Part shown: one piece after another, positions 60,260-64,000 of the stretch
Numbering within the stretch: position 1 is the first letter of the stretch
Layout: every line of letters begins with the position of its first letter
NCBI GenBank assembly: GCA_964400685.1
Contig: CAYNVT010000002.1
Span: 25,870 to 89,869, forward strand
From: an uncultured Bacteriovoracaceae bacterium
Lineage (GTDB): Bacteria; Desulfobacterota; Desulfomonilia; UBA1062
Direction of reading: 5' to 3'
DNA length: 64,000 nucleotides
The notes under the pieces: model-generated
The model's input: only the letters and a program-made list of their open reading frames with translations
What the model was told of the DNA's origin: nothing
Databases searched by the model: none
Program-made: the position numbers and the translations under genes

Positions 60260-60368
60260 ATATAATAAAATAAACAACTAATCCGGGGTTGTTTTCTGAC
60301 AGATATCATTCCGATTTTCCGGCTATTCCTGAAGCGCTCTCCATGCTGCCTGTAATGTTTTTTTAATA

Positions 60369-63194
60369 TCAGAATGTGTATCCTATCGAGAAATGGAAGG
60401 CCCCGGGATTTTCATCTTCTCTGGGGTCTATTTTGAGCCCGTATAACAGACTTACCGGGCCGATAGGCGTGATATAACTAAGACCGAGCCCGACTGATGA
60501 GCGGAAACTGTCGGTCCCGGCATCCGTGACGGGTTTCTGAATTGAACCTGTATCATAGAAGAGAGTGGCTTCCAGGCTGCTGATCAGTTCTATTCGGGCC
60601 TCCAGGCTGGCATTTATGGAAAGCCGTCCACCGACCGGATTATCCTGGGAATCATAGCGGAGCATGTTCTCTGCATAGCCGCGCACCGAGAAGGTCCCTC
60701 CGAGATAAAACAGCTGGTCAACCGGGATCGAGCTTGAAGTGTCATAAGGATCGATATAGCCTACGCCCCCCATCCCGGCGAAAGTGACCCGCGACAATGG
60801 CCGCCAGTATCCACGCATAAGAAGCTTGTATTTAAAGAAATTGTCCAGAGAGTTCTCCAGACCCCTTGAAACATCAACGTATATAGATGAATAGATACCC
60901 TTCGAAGGCCGGACAAAAGAGTCCCGCGTATCATATTCCACTCCTGGTGTTGTTACCAGAATACTGCGCGGCAGATATGTATCATCGGTTACGATGGAGG
61001 AGTCTTGAGGGAACTGTTCACGTCGTTCGTACCTGAATCCCAGGCTTGCCGTTACATGCTCAGGGGTAAATTTGCGCTGGAAGTTTATCGAGCCTGCAAG
61101 GTCTTTGACTCCGAATGTCTGATTGAAGTCCTCCTTGCGTTCGTATGCTACTGAATAGGTTGTCGAGATATCGGTTCCGAATAAATTCCGCTGGTTAAGG
61201 GCGACCTCGCCTTTGTACCCGACCTGGCTTATCTCGCCGCTAACCCAGGTGTTATAGTTCATTCCGAAAAGGTTTCTGTCACCCGCCCGGGCATTTCCAT
61301 AGAATCCGTTGTCGCTCCTGTATCCCACGCCGCCCTGGATATAATACGGCGGTGTTTCCTCAACATCAACTAAAAGGGGTATACACTCTTCCTTATCCTT
61401 CAGGCCGGGGGTTTTGAACTGGACGGATTTAAATATCCCCATATCGCGGATGTTCTTCTGACCATTAAGAATCGCGGCAAGGGAGAACTTATCGCCGGGC
61501 TTGATCTTGAGTTCACGGTCAAGTATCTTCCTGCGGGTTTTCAGATTGCCTTTGTAGTAGATATTCCCCATGCTGACAAGAGGTCCTTCGTTGACTTCAT
61601 AGCTTACATCGGCTCCTGAACGGTCAGGTCTGAATCCGGCACTGCTTATTACTGATACATAAGGATGACCCGAAGCGGAAATCAGGTTGGCAAGCGAGAC
61701 CTCGTCTTTTTTCATCAGCATATCGCTGAAAGGCTGTCCCGCCTTGAGCCGAAGGGATTCCAGGGCTTTTTCCCGGGACATGACCGTTAGGCCCGTAATC
61801 GTAAGAGTCTTCACCAGGGACTCGACGCCCTCGTCGATGTTCATTGTGATATCAACTGAGGTTTTATCCTTACTCCAGACGATATCGGGGGTTATTTTCA
61901 CATCCTGATAGCCCGCCTGCAAATAGCGGTTCTTAATGGCTGAAATATCCATGTCCAGCAGCTCCGGTACATAGTCGTCTTCTTTTGAGAGGGCCCTGGT
62001 TCCTGTCTTTATTGTCTTTTTAAGTGCCTCCTCATCAAAGGCCGAATTTCCTGTGAACCGCATCGAGTTTACCGTTGTGTGCGGGCCTTCCGTAATGGCT
62101 AGTTCGATGCGGCGCGTGGTTAAGTCATTGTCTGTTGTCTTTTCATCGTGAATTTGCACTTCGGTGAAAAGATAGCCTGCCATGCGGTAGCGCTTCTTGA
62201 TGTTTTCGATGCTTTTGCGCAGGCCGCGGTCCCTTCGGTTGCCTTCCTTGAATATGACAAGGTCCTTCTTGAGGGTTGAGGACCAGAATCGATGATTGCC
62301 GGAAAAGGAGACTTCATAGCGCGGGCCTTCCTTGATGTTCAGGTCTATAGAAACAAGCGCCTTGCCGGGGTCCCTGCTTATGGTGGGATGTATCTCGCAT
62401 TCAGGGTATCGTCTCTTGTAGTAGAGCTTTGTAAGATTTTTAACATCCCGGTCGAATTTCTGTTCCTTGAAGCGCCTCGATTCGAGAATCAGGAAGGATG
62501 TCCGCCAGACATTCATGTGCATTCTGATTGCTGAAGTGGATATGCCACTGTTGCCGTCGATAGTGAAATCATCCAGGACATAATAGTCTCCTGGTTGTAT
62601 CTGCACGTTGATAAGGGATGTTCCGGCTGCGATATCACGGGCTTCCTCAATTTTCACTCTCGGCTGAATATAGCCCTCTAGGGTGTAAAGATCACCGAGA
62701 CGGGCCTCATGTTCGGTAAGAGACCCGGGAAGAAGCGTGTCGCCGGGGTAGATGCTCATGGCTTTCAGTACTTCGCTCTTGAACAGCGGATACTCGCCCC
62801 TGACCCTGATATCCCTGATCACACGTGCAGGCTTAAGGACAAAGGTGACCTCAATGCCATTATCAAACGCCTTGACCAATGGCATTATTTCCTCGAAGTT
62901 GCCGCTCAGGCTGAGGGACTCGACAGATTCTTTATATTTACCGGCAGTGAATTGTTCATTCTGATGAAGGACGATGAGATCGCGCGCCATCTGCTCTACC
63001 AAAGGGGTACACCAGGGGCATTCCGTGATTATGATGTCCACCCGGCGCATTACAGACCCTTCAAAGGTGGCGTAATTGAAGGCATCTTCCGTTAGAACAG
63101 GCGCATCCTCACCCGAGGCATTGGCGGCGGACACGATAATTAACAGCATGGCAGGCAGGAGCAGCTTTAAAATTATGGTTTTAACGGAATTCAT
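60369..63194 (-). CDS. bamA: outer membrane protein assembly factor BamA (Omp85 family; POTRA repeats + beta-barrel)
   Basis: Signal peptide. 941 aa. POTRA-like repeats. C-terminal barrel ending FHFSIGYTF. Confidence 0.75.
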   Translation of the reverse strand: MNSVKTIILKLLLPAMLLIIVSAANASGEDAPVLTEDAFNYATFEGSVMRRVDIIITECPWCTPLVEQMARDLIVLHQNEQFTAGKYKESVESLSLSGNFEEIMPLVKAFDNGIEVTFVLKPARVIRDIRVRGEYPLFKSEVLKAMSIYPGDTLLPGSLTEHEARLGDLYTLEGYIQPRVKIEEARDIAAGTSLINVQIQPGDYYVLDDFTIDGNSGISTSAIRMHMNVWRTSFLILESRRFKEQKFDRDVKNLTKLYYKRRYPECEIHPTISRDPGKALVSIDLNIKEGPRYEVSFSGNHRFWSSTLKKDLVIFKEGNRRDRGLRKSIENIKKRYRMAGYLFTEVQIHDEKTTDNDLTTRRIELAITEGPHTTVNSMRFTGNSAFDEEALKKTIKTGTRALSKEDDYVPELLDMDISAIKNRYLQAGYQDVKITPDIVWSKDKTSVDITMNIDEGVESLVKTLTITGLTVMSREKALESLRLKAGQPFSDMLMKKDEVSLANLISASGHPYVSVISSAGFRPDRSGADVSYEVNEGPLVSMGNIYYKGNLKTRRKILDRELKIKPGDKFSLAAILNGQKNIRDMGIFKSVQFKTPGLKDKEECIPLLVDVEETPPYYIQGGVGYRSDNGFYGNARAGDRNLFGMNYNTWVSGEISQVGYKGEVALNQRNLFGTDISTTYSVAYERKEDFNQTFGVKDLAGSINFQRKFTPEHVTASLGFRYERREQFPQDSSIVTDDTYLPRSILVTTPGVEYDTRDSFVRPSKGIYSSIYVDVSRGLENSLDNFFKYKLLMRGYWRPLSRVTFAGMGGVGYIDPYDTSSSIPVDQLFYLGGTFSVRGYAENMLRYDSQDNPVGGRLSINASLEARIELISSLEATLFYDTGSIQKPVTDAGTDSFRSSVGLGLSYITPIGPVSLLYGLKIDPREDENPGAFHFSIGYTF

Positions 63195-64000
63195 GTTTGA
63201 CCTGGATTTCAGCCCCGTAATTGCCGCTCGTGCCTGGGTAGCCGTTCACCATAAGATTGTCGAACAGCTTATAGGAAACAATCCCCCACTGGGATGTCAC
63301 GTTGTTCCGGGTTTCCATTTCATAGGAGATGCTGAAGCGTTTTGATATATCCTTGCCGACTGTGAACTTCATATCGCTGCTGGTTTTAGATCCAGTCGGG
63401 CTCGAGTATTCCAGCTTGAGGGTATCAATGCTAGCGGCTTTCTTGATCTCCGAGCCATATGTGCTTGCCAGCAGTTCTGCAGCCATGAGGGAAGGCGAGG
63501 CCTTTGCTGTAGAATTCTTTTGTGTGAGCTCGCTGAATGTTTTTCCCATGACAAGCAGGGAGACTATATCAGACTGGACCTCAGTCGGTTGAGAGCTCAG
63601 TTGCATTTTCAGGTTGTCGAGCGGGCCTTCGAGCGAGAGGTAAATGGTCCAGTCGCGTACCTTGGTCTGGCTTATAATATCCAGGTTCGCTTCGGTCCTG
63701 TTGGGATTCAGGAAATCGATGACGCCTCGTGTGACGGTGAAGGTGTTGTTCTGAAAGATAACCGTCCCATTTATTACGCTTATTCTGCCGTTTACCAAAG
63801 GATCGCCCACAGTGCCGGTTATTTCCAGGTCCGGGTTGAGTTCGATCAAAGCAACGTTGTTGTCTATTTTCACTTCACCGCGGCGCTTCATTCTAACGTC
63901 GAGGGTCATGTCTTTAATGAATGGCGGCAGGGCCTCCGTACGCCTGATGGAATGTTTGCGCTTCGGGAGGATTCCTTCGACAGCGCCGGTAAGGAGATTG
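63181..64000 (-). CDS. TamB-like translocation/assembly module protein, C-terminal (DUF490) part. The gene continues beyond the window end.
   Basis: ORF is open to the window edge with no stop upstream of the listed Met. C-terminal beta-rich DUF490-like tail ...GNYGAEIQVKHEFR. Overlaps bamA start by 14 nt. Confidence 0.55.
   Translation of the reverse strand, partial: NLLTGAVEGILPKRKHSIRRTEALPPFIKDMTLDVRMKRRGEVKIDNNVALIELNPDLEITGTVGDPLVNGRISVINGTVIFQNNTFTVTRGVIDFLNPNRTEANLDIISQTKVRDWTIYLSLEGPLDNLKMQLSSQPTEVQSDIVSLLVMGKTFSELTQKNSTAKASPSLMAAELLASTYGSEIKKAASIDTLKLEYSSPTGSKTSSDMKFTVGKDISKRFSISYEMETRNNVTSQWGIVSYKLFDNLMVNGYPGTSGNYGAEIQVKHEFR

Noticed and set aside
1-64000. CRISPR array or rRNA genes
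   Set aside because: No short regularly spaced repeat array and no rRNA-like conserved stretches were seen on reading the whole window.

Overview
This 64-kb window is an AT-biased bacterial chromosomal segment, almost certainly from a diderm: it carries BamA/TamB, OMP beta-barrels, lipoproteins, and strong AAGGAG-type RBSs before most genes. About 55 protein-coding genes are predicted, mostly on the + strand. No rRNA, no intact tRNA and no CRISPR array was seen.

Recognisable housekeeping or regulatory genes:
- a PP2C phosphatase (5' partial) and a rhomboid protease;
- an ECF-type sigma factor with a zf-HC2 anti-sigma factor, next to a compact ClpA/C-like ATPase and a ClpP paralog;
- dCTP deaminase;
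- a Liv-type ABC transporter operon (livH, livM, livG, livF, then a B12-binding radical SAM gene, then the substrate-binding protein);
- a sigma54 enhancer-binding protein;
- an IU-type nucleoside hydrolase;
- AbiEi/AbiEii toxin-antitoxin;
- two AAA_14/DUF4143 ATPases;
- BamA and a TamB-like C-terminal partial.

Interspersed are several accessory-looking modules that I cannot assign to described systems:
1. An AT-rich islet of minigenes, three of them tiny zinc-ribbon proteins, leading into a 1071-aa HerA/FtsK-like P-loop ATPase with a Cys-rich C-terminus.
2. A tightly coupled 777-aa unknown / 108-aa / TPR-CHAT (caspase-like) protease operon.
3. A very AT-rich five-gene island: a 990-aa Cys-rich unknown with a possible GHKL-like ATPase motif, two unknowns, a sigma54 activator and an 889-aa REC-HD phosphohydrolase.
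4. An overlapping gene pair for a CYTH-domain fusion protein and a nucleoside hydrolase.
5. A membrane protein, an exported vWA protein and a 1065-aa tubulin/FtsZ-superfamily GTPase, followed by two beta-barrel OMPs. I consider this the strongest candidate for an undescribed membrane-associated cytomotive or defence system.
6. A 7-kb region in which each DUF4143 ATPase gene is bracketed by copies of a roughly 150-330-bp direct-repeat family. The repeats are better conserved than the genes they flank. The last copy ends in a tRNA-like T-arm, acceptor strand and CCA fragment. A DnaB C-terminal gene remnant lies next to this region.

All domain calls come from motifs read by eye. No database searches were run.
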